Part shown: positions 28,195-36,118 of the stretch, piece by piece | Numbering within the stretch: position 1 is the stretch's first letter | How the letters are laid out: every line of letters begins with the position of its first letter | Assembly: GCA_026329315.1 (NCBI GenBank) | Contig: GCA_026329315.1_4342.1 | Strand: one strand, 5' to 3' | Origin: a phage | Length of the DNA: 43,897 nucleotides | Position numbers and translations under genes: made by a program | Notes under the pieces: generated by a model | Seen by the model: the letters and a program-made list of their open reading frames with translations, nothing else | Told to the model about the DNA's origin: nothing | Databases searched by the model: none

Positions 28195-28219
28195 TAAAAC
28201 CCGGATTCGCGGTCCGGGT
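28195..28219 (-). terminator. rho-independent terminator after endolysin (ACCCGGA-N7-TCCGGGT)
   Basis: Stem followed by TTTTAT on - strand, 60 nt after endolysin stop. Confidence 0.5.
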
Positions 28220-28282
28220 TTCAGGGCGGTGCAAGCACAAGCAGCGTAGACATATGTTACTAAACGCCTTCGTATTCGTCCA

Positions 28283-28786
28283 TCATTTTACTGCCCTCCC
28301 GATAGCCTCAGCTTCTTGCCACGGTTTACCGTCGAACAACGCCAGACGACCAGCAACACGGCGGCGGAGGCCCAGCACAGGCCCGAGTTTACCTGTTCTC
28401 GGGTTGCGCTGGTTGATGAACTGACCCATCTTGTGCCGCAAGGTAGGGGTGTCCCCCTGCCGTAGCGCCTTACCGGTTCCGGTATTAGCGGCAATGACAC
28501 CCGTCCCCGCGTTAAACACCAGGTCAACAACAGCATCAAACTGAGCCTGGGTTAGTGATGGGTGTGCCACCTCGTCAACCGCTTTCACGGCCCACTGCAT
28601 ATCACGGTTCAGCAGCAGTAACCCCTGGCCCTCGGTAATCTTCTGGCCTTCGTACACATCTGGCCCGGTATGGCCCCAACCTATGGTCCAGTACTTCTCG
28701 TTCTTTGTTGCTTTGTAAGCAGTTCCGCGAAACTTCTCCCACGCTTTCTTGAACTGCAACCCATTATCTGAAATATTTCGAGACAC
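28283..28786 (-). CDS. endolysin (phage lysozyme, GH24-like)
   Basis: Motif YWTIGWGHTG and E...D...T lysozyme pattern; GTG start at 28786 with GGAGGG RBS (track start 28837 is alternative). Confidence 0.65.
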   Translation of the reverse strand: MSRNISDNGLQFKKAWEKFRGTAYKATKNEKYWTIGWGHTGPDVYEGQKITEGQGLLLLNRDMQWAVKAVDEVAHPSLTQAQFDAVVDLVFNAGTGVIAANTGTGKALRQGDTPTLRHKMGQFINQRNPRTGKLGPVLGLRRRVAGRLALFDGKPWQEAEAIGRAVK

Positions 28787-29036
28787 GCTTATGCCCTCCG
28801 TACGACAGCCACGCCTGACGAATCTGACGCAGCGCAACTAAAGTGATTAATGTCTCAGGTAGCGTAGGTGACATGCTGCCCTGTAACAGGTGGATACATC
28901 CGGCGGCGCAGACAATAGCAGTCAGAATATAAAGCACACGCCCGAACAGGCCATCATCTACGCTGGGGTGGTATACGTTAAACAGCGATGTGCTCCCGAT
29001 TGCGAGCATACCACCAAACCAGAATAACTCATTCAT
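28764..29036 (-). CDS. holin-like / antiholin-like two-TM membrane protein
   Basis: ATG at 29036 with GGAGGT RBS, overlaps holin 3' end; two hydrophobic helices. Confidence 0.4.
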   Translation of the reverse strand: MNELFWFGGMLAIGSTSLFNVYHPSVDDGLFGRVLYILTAIVCAAGCIHLLQGSMSPTLPETLITLVALRQIRQAWLSYGGHKRVSKYFR

Positions 29037-29337
29037 TACCACCTCCGCAACGTGCGATGTATTCTCCGGCGACAATGCCAGAGAGACGGGAATAAATTGG
29101 CATCCAGAGAATAGCAATGATGAATCCAAGGCCCGCTATTTCGCGTTCACCTGCGATACCGAACCATTGAGCGGCGAGAGGCGCACCGAATACGGCGCAC
29201 GCAAAGCCAGTGGCGAGAAAACAGAGAGCATCGACAGGGCCGGTAATAGTGGCTTTGTGTTGCCGTAAGCCTATTACCCCACCAGCTAATGCGGCAGCGA
29301 GAAGCCACCCCGTCGCTGTTTCAGTAAATTTATCCAA
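29029..29337 (-). CDS. holin (three predicted TM helices)
   Basis: 102 aa, three hydrophobic segments; TTG start with GGAGGA RBS lying inside a 7-bp stem hairpin. Confidence 0.5.
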   Translation of the reverse strand: MDKFTETATGWLLAAALAGGVIGLRQHKATITGPVDALCFLATGFACAVFGAPLAAQWFGIAGEREIAGLGFIIAILWMPIYSRLSGIVAGEYIARCGGGNE

Positions 29338-29704
29338 GATGAATCCTCCAGGTGCGTATTAAGTATGCAGTAACTGGAGGATAGCACGGTTATGAATTAT
29401 CTTAATAACGGTTTATTTATGACGCCAGATGTATTGTCGTCTCTGCGGTTTAGTCGGAATATCATCGTATCCGAGCGATTTCCAGTAATTAAATAACCGA
29501 TTAGCGATTGCCGCGCGTTCCTGTGTTTTAAACTCACCCAGATTCACGGCCTTCCGTTCTGGAATCCACAGGCGCGGATAGCTTTACGCCGTTCTTGTAT
29601 CTCTGGGTACAGCACGTTACGGCGACGCTTGTGTATACGTGTCTTCGCTCTCGGTGACAGCGGCGCAAGGCCGCTTCGTTTCAGGATGTCAGTTGCTAAC
29701 GACA

Positions 29705-29893
29705 TCACTCCACCCCCTCCACATGTGTAACCGACCCACAGTTCGCGCACTCGACATAATCAGGGTACTGGTCTTTGTATTTCTGTAACTCAGCTTCAAG
29801 TTTCGCGTAATCTTCGTAAAGCACTAACACGCCCTCAACATCAGGAGTAAACCCGAATATCTGGTCGTAGGTATATCTCTGCACCATAATCAC
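29705..29893 (-). CDS. hypothetical small protein
   Basis: ORF in leftward small-gene run. Confidence 0.3.
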   Translation of the reverse strand: MIMVQRYTYDQIFGFTPDVEGVLVLYEDYAKLEAELQKYKDQYPDYVECANCGSVTHVEGVE

Positions 29894-30093
29894 TTCTCCT
29901 GTTTACCAAGTCTCTTAGGTGAGCAGATAGCGCGTGCCTCTGAATCGATGGGCTTGTCACCCTGAAACAGAAAGTGCGCGTTCTCTGCAGCACGGGCGGC
30001 CGACTGGCACGCCTCCATCGAGTAAAACGTTTCTGATGCTGCCAGGTGCATCTGGCCTGCAGACAGTACCCAGATAAAGAGGATGCTGGTCAT
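29890..30093 (-). CDS. small protein with N-terminal signal-peptide-like segment
   Basis: Hydrophobic N-terminus MTSILFIWVLSAGQMHLAAS; overlapping stop/start. Confidence 0.35.
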   Translation of the reverse strand: MTSILFIWVLSAGQMHLAASETFYSMEACQSAARAAENAHFLFQGDKPIDSEARAICSPKRLGKQEK

Positions 30094-30590
30094 TTCAGTT
30101 TAACCCCGCAATCCAGACACTTTTTAGTAAACCCCGGCGCAAAGCCCTTCCGCAAACCAACGGTATTAGTATGCTGACAATCGTTCAATTCCGCTTCTTG
30201 CTTACCGCATTTAGCGCAAACGAAGTAGTCGCCTTTTTCATCCAGAACCCAATCATGGTCACATTCTTTGCGCACCCCACATTTCTTGTACATCGCACCT
30301 TTATAGAAAACGTACCGATTGTGGGCACACTCCTGAGCATCATCTTTACGGCAACCGGATTGCTCCTGTTCGCGGATAAGTTTGTACGCCTCCGCGTCAC
30401 CCGTAGCTTTAACCAACGCCATATGCAACTCCTTAATCTGCGCCGAAGCATCTCGTAACTGATTCTTAAGTGACTGCACCTCGTGCGCCAGGTCTTCACA
30501 CTGTTGTTTGTATGGGTTGTTAATTACCTGCTGCCGTAGCTGGTCAATAAGGTACTCGAATACTTCGTTTTTGCTACTCACCATCCCCAT
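30090..30590 (-). CDS. coiled-coil plus Cys-rich (zinc-binding-like) protein
   Basis: Multiple CxxC-type pairs (CAKCG, CLDCG) after a coiled-coil N-terminus. Confidence 0.4.
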   Translation of the reverse strand: MGMVSSKNEVFEYLIDQLRQQVINNPYKQQCEDLAHEVQSLKNQLRDASAQIKELHMALVKATGDAEAYKLIREQEQSGCRKDDAQECAHNRYVFYKGAMYKKCGVRKECDHDWVLDEKGDYFVCAKCGKQEAELNDCQHTNTVGLRKGFAPGFTKKCLDCGVKLK

Positions 30591-30786
30591 CCCCTTCCTC
30601 GTTAATTAGTTCGAATTTACCGTTTGAGTGTTGTATAGCTTCTTGCCCGCAATGGTCACAGACAATAAGTTTATCGAACCCATCAAACTCATCCCCCACC
30701 ACGCAAGAAAGTACAAATTTATGGTTAGTGCATACTTCTTGCGGTGCGCCGAAAATTGCGTGAAAACATCTCGCCACTACATTCAT
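30574..30786 (-). CDS. small Cys-rich protein
   Basis: First gene after promoter at 30818-30846; CDHCG motif. Confidence 0.4.
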   Translation of the reverse strand: MNVVARCFHAIFGAPQEVCTNHKFVLSCVVGDEFDGFDKLIVCDHCGQEAIQHSNGKFELINEEGDGDGE

Positions 30787-30817
30787 CTTCTGTCTCTCCT
30801 CTCGTTTGTGTAAATGA

Positions 30818-30846
30818 ATAGTAGCCTATTCTATCCTAGTGTGCAA
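30818..30846 (-). promoter_or_regulatory. sigma70-like promoter TTGCAC-N17-TACTAT with palindrome ATAGGCTACTAT (- strand)
   Basis: Class-2 conserved motif; 32 nt upstream of gene start 30786. Confidence 0.5.
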
Positions 30847-30853
30847 GTAAATT

Positions 30854-31030
30854 TTATTGGTGTTTGGAATGCACGTGACGGCACTTTCTACATTTGTGCA
30901 CAACCTGGTCGCCTAAGTACGAGATTAACTGTACCTGCTCACTGCCGCAGTTGGTGCATTTACGGTAGCTTCGGGCCGCAGCATCTCGCTTTGCAACGAG
31001 CCCCATAAGTTTCTCTGTGAACGTTTCCAT
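30854..31030 (-). CDS. zinc-ribbon protein (58 aa, below cutoff)
   Basis: Two CxxC pairs (CTNCG, CRKC); AGGAG RBS; preferred over overlapping 30925-31158 ORF. Confidence 0.35.
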   Translation of the reverse strand: METFTEKLMGLVAKRDAAARSYRKCTNCGSEQVQLISYLGDQVVHKCRKCRHVHSKHQ

Positions 31031-31154
31031 TGTTGCATCTCCTGCAATAGTCGCTTCGATTGTTGCGTTTGGTGAAATAGAACAAAAATGAGAAAAATGA
31101 TACGCTGCTGTGTAGCAGCGTAAGTCACTCGGTAAAATCCCAAACTATTGAACA

Positions 31155-31340
31155 TCACACTTCCGGTGGCTCAGGTAAGGGCATCCAGTGGGAGATATCG
31201 CCGTGGTATAAACTCTTCGCTGGTCCCCAGTAGCCATCTGAATTAACACGCATAACCTCACAGCCAACAAAACAATCAGTTACAAGAACGTATTCATAAG
31301 GCTCCGGCATCCGCTCACTACACTTAATCCACTCGCTCAT
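31155..31340 (-). CDS. DUF551-like small phage protein
   Basis: Motif WIKCSERMPEPYEYVLV typical of DUF551. Confidence 0.45.
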   Translation of the reverse strand: MSEWIKCSERMPEPYEYVLVTDCFVGCEVMRVNSDGYWGPAKSLYHGDISHWMPLPEPPEV

Positions 31341-31498
31341 AAATCGCCTCTCTTCTCAAATGCGCCAGCCATTACATTCGCACCAGCTTTCCACGCCCGC
31401 CACGCGAGACGCGTCTTAACGTTCAGGTACTCTTTCTTTGAACCCTTGTTAACCGGCAGACCCTCGACGACGGCCCAACGTTCAAATGCTTCTCTCAT
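31338..31498 (-). CDS. hypothetical small protein (53 aa, below cutoff)
   Basis: GGAGGA RBS; stop overlaps next ATG. Confidence 0.3.
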
Positions 31499-31501
31499 AA
31501 A

Positions 31502-31705
31502 TTAGTCCTCCAGAACTTCGCACTCACTGCGTCTAATGAATAGCAGTCCATCATCAGTTTCGACTATAAACCCGTACCCATGCGCTTCCACAACCTCGAA
31601 CACATCACCGACAGCCACACCGAAATGGTAGAGCGGATGGTCGTCATAGGGTGCGGGTTGAAAACTGTTTACCTCTGTTATTCGAATCCTCATACCAACC
31701 CCCAC
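31502..31705 (-). CDS. small protein, paralog of 31754-31990
   Basis: Shared pattern I-x-I-T ... GDVFEV with neighbour. Confidence 0.4.
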   Translation of the reverse strand: MGVGMRIRITEVNSFQPAPYDDHPLYHFGVAVGDVFEVVEAHGYGFIVETDDGLLFIRRSECEVLED

Positions 31706-31753
31706 AACGCGTGCACCGCATAAACGGCGCTGACAATTAAAATGAACGGGTAA

Positions 31754-31990
31754 TTATTCACGGCAACCTCCCTCAGAGTCGTCGGCGCGAGCATCATGAT
31801 TCGATGCCGTTGTGTATATTTGCGCTTCGGCCTTAGTTACCGGGATTGTGTATCTTCCCGTCTTAATCCACCAGCCACCGTTACAGGAATCCAGTACATC
31901 GAAAACATCACCGATATTTACGCCTATGCTCTCCAGAGTATCGTTAGCCGTTTCATAGGTAACGGTGTTATCTGTAATTATGATTTGCAT
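31754..31990 (-). CDS. small protein, paralog of 31502-31705
   Basis: Shared GDVFDV motif; ATG at 31990 in ATGA overlap. Confidence 0.4.
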   Translation of the reverse strand: MQIIITDNTVTYETANDTLESIGVNIGDVFDVLDSCNGGWWIKTGRYTIPVTKAEAQIYTTASNHDARADDSEGGCRE

Positions 31991-32178
31991 CACTTCGCCC
32001 CTTTGAATTTAAAATTGTTGCCGATGAGTTTTAACTCATTAGCTTCGTAATAAACCGAAGAAGTTAATCCGTCCCGCCTGATATAACGGATGATATAAGA
32101 CCCTGGGTATACGACAGACTCTTTTCCGACAACACCAAAGCCATATGCTGTTTTAACCAACTGACCCTTCTTAAACAT
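31990..32178 (-). CDS. hypothetical small protein, first gene of leftward arm
   Basis: ATG at 32178 with GGAGTGAGGG RBS; directly downstream of promoter at 32213-32241. Confidence 0.4.
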   Translation of the reverse strand: MFKKGQLVKTAYGFGVVGKESVVYPGSYIIRYIRRDGLTSSVYYEANELKLIGNNFKFKGAK

Positions 32179-32212
32179 AACCCTCACTCCTCTGTCTCGT
32201 TTCGATAGGTGA

Positions 32213-32241
32213 ATAGTATCCTATTATGTTGGGGTGTGCAA
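32213..32241 (-). promoter_or_regulatory. sigma70-like promoter TTGCAC-N17-TACTAT with palindrome ATAGGATACTAT (- strand)
   Basis: Class-2 conserved motif at the head of the leftward arm. Confidence 0.5.
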
Positions 32242-32677
32242 GAGAATAGTTACGTTGCCGTTGTGATTCTTTCGTTTCTTAAAAGAGTACGCAACGCAGT
32301 GGGTGGGCGTTAGCCCACCCCAGCGGAGTGAAGTACTCCCTACCTTACTTACGGCAACTATAGAAACTTTTAATTATCAGTGGCTTAAGAGATATGCTGC
32401 CGATGAGAATAGAGCTTGCCCAGGGCAACCGGGGATACTTACGAAGGAAAGTTAAGATAATTCATATGTTCAGTAATCTGCCGCTTAACACTTCGCTGGC
32501 GCTGGTGCGCCGCTGCGTTTCAAGCGGGTATTACAAGGTGAACAGGAATCAAAGTAACTAAGATATAGAAGCACCTTAAACGAAGATTTTCATAATGTCA
32601 ATATGTGCAATTATGTTTTATTTCCCATTATTCGCAATGTATACTTGGTTTCGTTAACTGATAATGGGGGTTTGAGA

Positions 32678-32848
32678 ATGACGCAGAATGAGGTAGCTGA
32701 GCGTATTGGGGTTACTCGTCGAACGCTGAATAACTGGCTAAAGAGTGGGAAGTTCCCTGATTGCTGTATTCGCATTATGGGCCGTCGTCAGCCAGGTACG
32801 TTTGACCCAGAGAAAGTGGAAGCGTGGATTAAGGAGAACGTGAAATGA
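32678..32848 (+). CDS. AlpA-family HTH DNA-binding protein
   Basis: VAERIGVTRRTLNNWLKSGKFP matches the AlpA/excisionase-like HTH pattern. Confidence 0.55.
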   Translation: MTQNEVAERIGVTRRTLNNWLKSGKFPDCCIRIMGRRQPGTFDPEKVEAWIKENVK

Positions 32849-33078
32849 CCGAGTTTCAGTCACGCGTATTCACGGCGGTCGTTTCGTTGACACGTAAAAA
32901 AGGGTCGTGCAGTGTTATCGACTTGCGCCGCAGTTATTTTAAGTACTATAGTTCCGTCATTATTGAAGGGTCGTTAAAAGTGCTGGTTAAATCTGGCGTC
33001 GTGAAAAATGTTGGCGGGAAATATAGTGCCTTTGCTGAAGTTCGCGGAATGACCGCTACTTTAGAAGACCTGGAATAA
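32845..33078 (+). CDS. hypothetical protein
   Basis: ATGA overlap with upstream gene. Confidence 0.4.
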   Translation: MTEFQSRVFTAVVSLTRKKGSCSVIDLRRSYFKYYSSVIIEGSLKVLVKSGVVKNVGGKYSAFAEVRGMTATLEDLE

Positions 33079-33136
33079 AAGAAAGCCCCGACGCGGTGAA
33101 CGCCGAGGCCAAATTACTTGCTGAAGGAAATACAAC

Positions 33137-35404
33137 ATGTCCGATGTAATTTTATCCTACTCGTGGTCACGCCGCAACGCGCGGGCGGGGAAAAAGGATA
33201 TAAATGTCAGAACCGCACACACGGCAACACTGGACGACCTGAAAGAGTTAATCCAGCCGCTCGATGCCGTTCGTGACGGGATTAACCCGAAGACAGCGCC
33301 AGGCTATATTACTGCCGCGTGCGACTCTGCGCACAGCACTGTAAAAGACCCGGAAACCGGTGACTTTAAGCAAGCGCGTAAAGGCTTCTTTTATCGCTGC
33401 GATGCGTCTGTAAGCAAATCGTCGCTGGCGTATCTTGACTTCGACAGTGCAACACCGGAAGAGTACCAGGAAGCGGTGCGCCTGGTTAAGCGCAGCCGTC
33501 AGGTTATGTGCCTGTATACCACGGCATCACATACTGATGAGTCACCGCGCTTTCGCGTCGTCATGCCGCTGAGCCGCCCGGTTGAAGGCGGCGACATCAT
33601 CCGTGTTCGTCATGGCTTGCTGGAGCACTTCTTCGAAGGCATGGGCGCTGACCGCAGCGGGTTCACTCTGTCCCAGCCTATGTACCTGCCGCCGGTTGGC
33701 TCTACCGTTATCTGGTCGCGTCGCAACGACCTGATTGACCCGGACGAGTTACTGGAAGGCATACCGGATTACGAGGTGAGCAGCGCATCGGATTACCAGA
33801 TACCGGAAGAACTGCGCTCCGCGTTTACTGATGCGTTCGAAGCGCTGGCGTTCGAGTACGGCGGAGTTATGACCCCACGCGGCCTTAAGATGCCAGCTAC
33901 ACCGGAACACGCTGAAAACTACAGTGACCCGACACCGCGCCCGGACGACTTCCTGCTGTGCTTCCCGCGCGAGGGGTATGAAGCGCCAAACGTAACCATG
34001 ATTCACGACACAGACATTACGGCGACAGAAGGCCTGTCACCGAAAGAGGTGTGGAAGTACGCGTGCGATGCGACCGGGCTGCCGTTCAGTGAAGTCGCAG
34101 AGGCCATCGGTTGGGGGGCGCGTGAATCTGTCTCATGCAGCCTCGACGACCTGGAAGACGACGAGGACTCAGAGGAGGACGAGTTACCGGAGCCGGTAAA
34201 GGCTGATTTCGTCGTTGAGGGGTACATGCCGTCGGATTGTATCTGGGGTATCGTCGGAGAATCGGGCACGTACAAATCATTCTATACGCTGGGGATGATG
34301 TACCTGAGCGCCGCCGGATACCGGTTTGCAGGGGCTGACACCCAGCGTTGTCACCATTTCTATATCGACGGCGAGGGTGGGGCAGCCACACGTACACGTA
34401 TTGATGCGCTCGCGGCTAAATACGGCGAGGAAGGTAAAGATTATGTACACGTCATCGATATGGGCGAAGTCGGCAAACTTAAAAGCCTGATTAAGTTAAT
34501 GCGCGAAACTGCTGGCGACGAGCCAATTGGCATGGTTGCGTTCGACACCCTTAACCAGACCCTGGCACTGACGATTGATAAGTTCGACGAGAACAGTTCA
34601 TCAACAGCAATCGGCATGGGTAAAGTTATCGCCATTCTGAAAGAAGTACGCGATGCAACTAAAGCCGCAGTAGGCGTTGTCCACCATACGCCGAAGGGTG
34701 GAAAGAAAGCACGCGGCAGTGGGGCGCTGTATGCGGGTGTTGACGTGGAACTGACAATCGAACGTGCAACCGACCGTCAGATAAACGTATATCACTCGAA
34801 ATTCAAGCACGGGCCTCAGCAGAAGACGGTTGGCATGGTGCTGGAGTCGGTACAGTTCCGTGAAGCGCCGCCGCCTAAAGAATACCGAGCGGTTGAGTTC
34901 CTGGGTAGCACAGAGGAATACGGCACAATCGTAAACCTGGACCTGCCTGAACCACACAAGGCGCTTGTGTTGATGCCGTGGGGTTTCGAGCCGTTCAAAA
35001 CTGACGATGAGAAAGAGCGGGAAGAAGGGTTGACGAAAGAAGGTAAAGAAAATGTACGTAAAACCGTAGAGAACGCCGTCAACAGTTCGGAGGCCACGAT
35101 ACTCGCGGCGTTTGAACTGGCGGAAGGAACCTACAACGGCAACGAAGGCATCACAGTCGCCGCGGCGAATAAGCTCGCACAGTCAGACCCCAACGCAAAG
35201 GCGTTTAACTCCAAAGAAGCCATAGAACGCGGGAAGATTAAGAAAATGGTTGAGGCCGGGTATCTTGTTCCGGGTACTGACGAAAACAATCAGATAATCC
35301 CAGGTCGTTACAGGCTGAACACCAGAATAACTGATAACAAGATTCCAAAGACAATATACGAACCGAATGAAATGTTGACAGTGACAGAGGAGGATTTGGA
35401 ATGA
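33137..35404 (+). CDS. DNA primase (AEP/prim-pol-like N-terminus) fused to RecA-like P-loop ATPase (primase-helicase)
   Basis: N-terminal LDFD and ASH motifs; C-terminal Walker A GESGTYKS and HHTPKGG region. Confidence 0.55.
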   Translation: MSDVILSYSWSRRNARAGKKDINVRTAHTATLDDLKELIQPLDAVRDGINPKTAPGYITAACDSAHSTVKDPETGDFKQARKGFFYRCDASVSKSSLAYLDFDSATPEEYQEAVRLVKRSRQVMCLYTTASHTDESPRFRVVMPLSRPVEGGDIIRVRHGLLEHFFEGMGADRSGFTLSQPMYLPPVGSTVIWSRRNDLIDPDELLEGIPDYEVSSASDYQIPEELRSAFTDAFEALAFEYGGVMTPRGLKMPATPEHAENYSDPTPRPDDFLLCFPREGYEAPNVTMIHDTDITATEGLSPKEVWKYACDATGLPFSEVAEAIGWGARESVSCSLDDLEDDEDSEEDELPEPVKADFVVEGYMPSDCIWGIVGESGTYKSFYTLGMMYLSAAGYRFAGADTQRCHHFYIDGEGGAATRTRIDALAAKYGEEGKDYVHVIDMGEVGKLKSLIKLMRETAGDEPIGMVAFDTLNQTLALTIDKFDENSSSTAIGMGKVIAILKEVRDATKAAVGVVHHTPKGGKKARGSGALYAGVDVELTIERATDRQINVYHSKFKHGPQQKTVGMVLESVQFREAPPPKEYRAVEFLGSTEEYGTIVNLDLPEPHKALVLMPWGFEPFKTDDEKEREEGLTKEGKENVRKTVENAVNSSEATILAAFELAEGTYNGNEGITVAAANKLAQSDPNAKAFNSKEAIERGKIKKMVEAGYLVPGTDENNQIIPGRYRLNTRITDNKIPKTIYEPNEMLTVTEEDLE

Positions 35405-35598
35405 GCGGTAAATTTAAAGAAGTAAGCGACGAACTGAAAGGTAATAAATACACCAACCACAGAGGCGAAGTAGTAGAAGTTCTTAACGTAGTTCCTTATG
35501 GGCGCGGGTATCATGTTGTGTTCAGTTACACAGAGGCTTACAGCGTGTACTGTGGGTTAGGTAAGTTTCGCAAAAGATACCCGATAAAGGTGCAATAA
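35401..35598 (+). CDS. hypothetical small protein
   Basis: ATGA overlap with primase stop. Confidence 0.35.
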   Translation: MSGKFKEVSDELKGNKYTNHRGEVVEVLNVVPYGRGYHVVFSYTEAYSVYCGLGKFRKRYPIKVQ

Positions 35599-35611
35599 AA
35601 AGAAAGGGGCG

Positions 35612-35827
35612 TCAAGCCCCTTCACCGAACGCCAGCCACTTAGCGTCTACTTCCAGCACTTCCGCCAGTTTAAACAACGTTGCCGGGCGGACGTCCTGAG
35701 TTACACCGAGAGCCAGCTGGTTAATTGCGCTCTGGGAAACGCCGGTCAGGATCGCCAGACGGCGCTGGGAGATGCCGAGTTCTTTACGGCGTTGCTCTAC
35801 ACGGATGCCTAGTTCGGATGGTTGCAT
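35612..35827 (-). CDS. XRE-family HTH transcriptional regulator (Cro/CI-like)
   Basis: RRKELGISQRRLAILTGVSQSAINQL is a canonical XRE HTH; AAGGAG RBS; terminator hairpin at its 3' end. Confidence 0.7.
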   Translation of the reverse strand: MQPSELGIRVEQRRKELGISQRRLAILTGVSQSAINQLALGVTQDVRPATLFKLAEVLEVDAKWLAFGEGA

Positions 35828-35858
35828 GTCAATTACTCCTTAGTCAGTTGATGTGTGA

Positions 35859-35887
35859 ATAGTACCATATTAATTATTTTAGAAAAA
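35859..35887 (-). promoter_or_regulatory. candidate promoter of the XRE regulator, -10 TACTAT inside imperfect palindrome ATAGTACCATAT
   Basis: -10 present but -35 weak (TTTTTC). Confidence 0.35.
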
Positions 35888-35892
35888 GCCCA

Positions 35893-35921
35893 TTGACAAG
35901 TGAATAGTTCGCTATTATAGT
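35893..35921 (+). promoter_or_regulatory. strong sigma70 promoter TTGACA-N17-TATAGT with palindrome ATAGTTCGCTAT in spacer
   Basis: Consensus -35, 17-bp spacer, 5/6 -10; 33 nt upstream of first ORF. Confidence 0.65.
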
Positions 35922-35953
35922 TAGCCCATACCAAACGAGAGGAGAGAAGCAAA

Positions 35954-36103
35954 ATGACCAATAACCGCAAAGCAAAGATTCTGTTAGGCCTTGATATCGC
36001 ATTTGGGGCTAAAGAAACCGCACGATACCGCGTAAGCAACAATCGTGTTGGCTTCTTCGACAAAGCAACAGGCCAGTTAGTTAAAACCGTTAAATATAAA
36101 TAA
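35954..36103 (+). CDS. small basic protein (49 aa, below cutoff), first gene after promoter
   Basis: GAGGAGAG RBS 7 nt upstream of ATG. Confidence 0.4.
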   Translation: MTNNRKAKILLGLDIAFGAKETARYRVSNNRVGFFDKATGQLVKTVKYK

Positions 36104-36118
36104 ACAGGAGAGAAACAA

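Noticed and set aside
30925-31158. 77-aa - strand ORF
   Set aside because: Overlaps, in another frame, a 58-aa zinc-ribbon ORF (30854-31030) that has an RBS and paired CxxC motifs, and overlaps a terminator-like hairpin at about 31094-31113
35833-36063. 76-aa - strand ORF across the divergent promoter region
   Set aside because: Covers both promoters and the RBS-preceded 49-aa + strand ORF; hydrophobic low-complexity product; no start context
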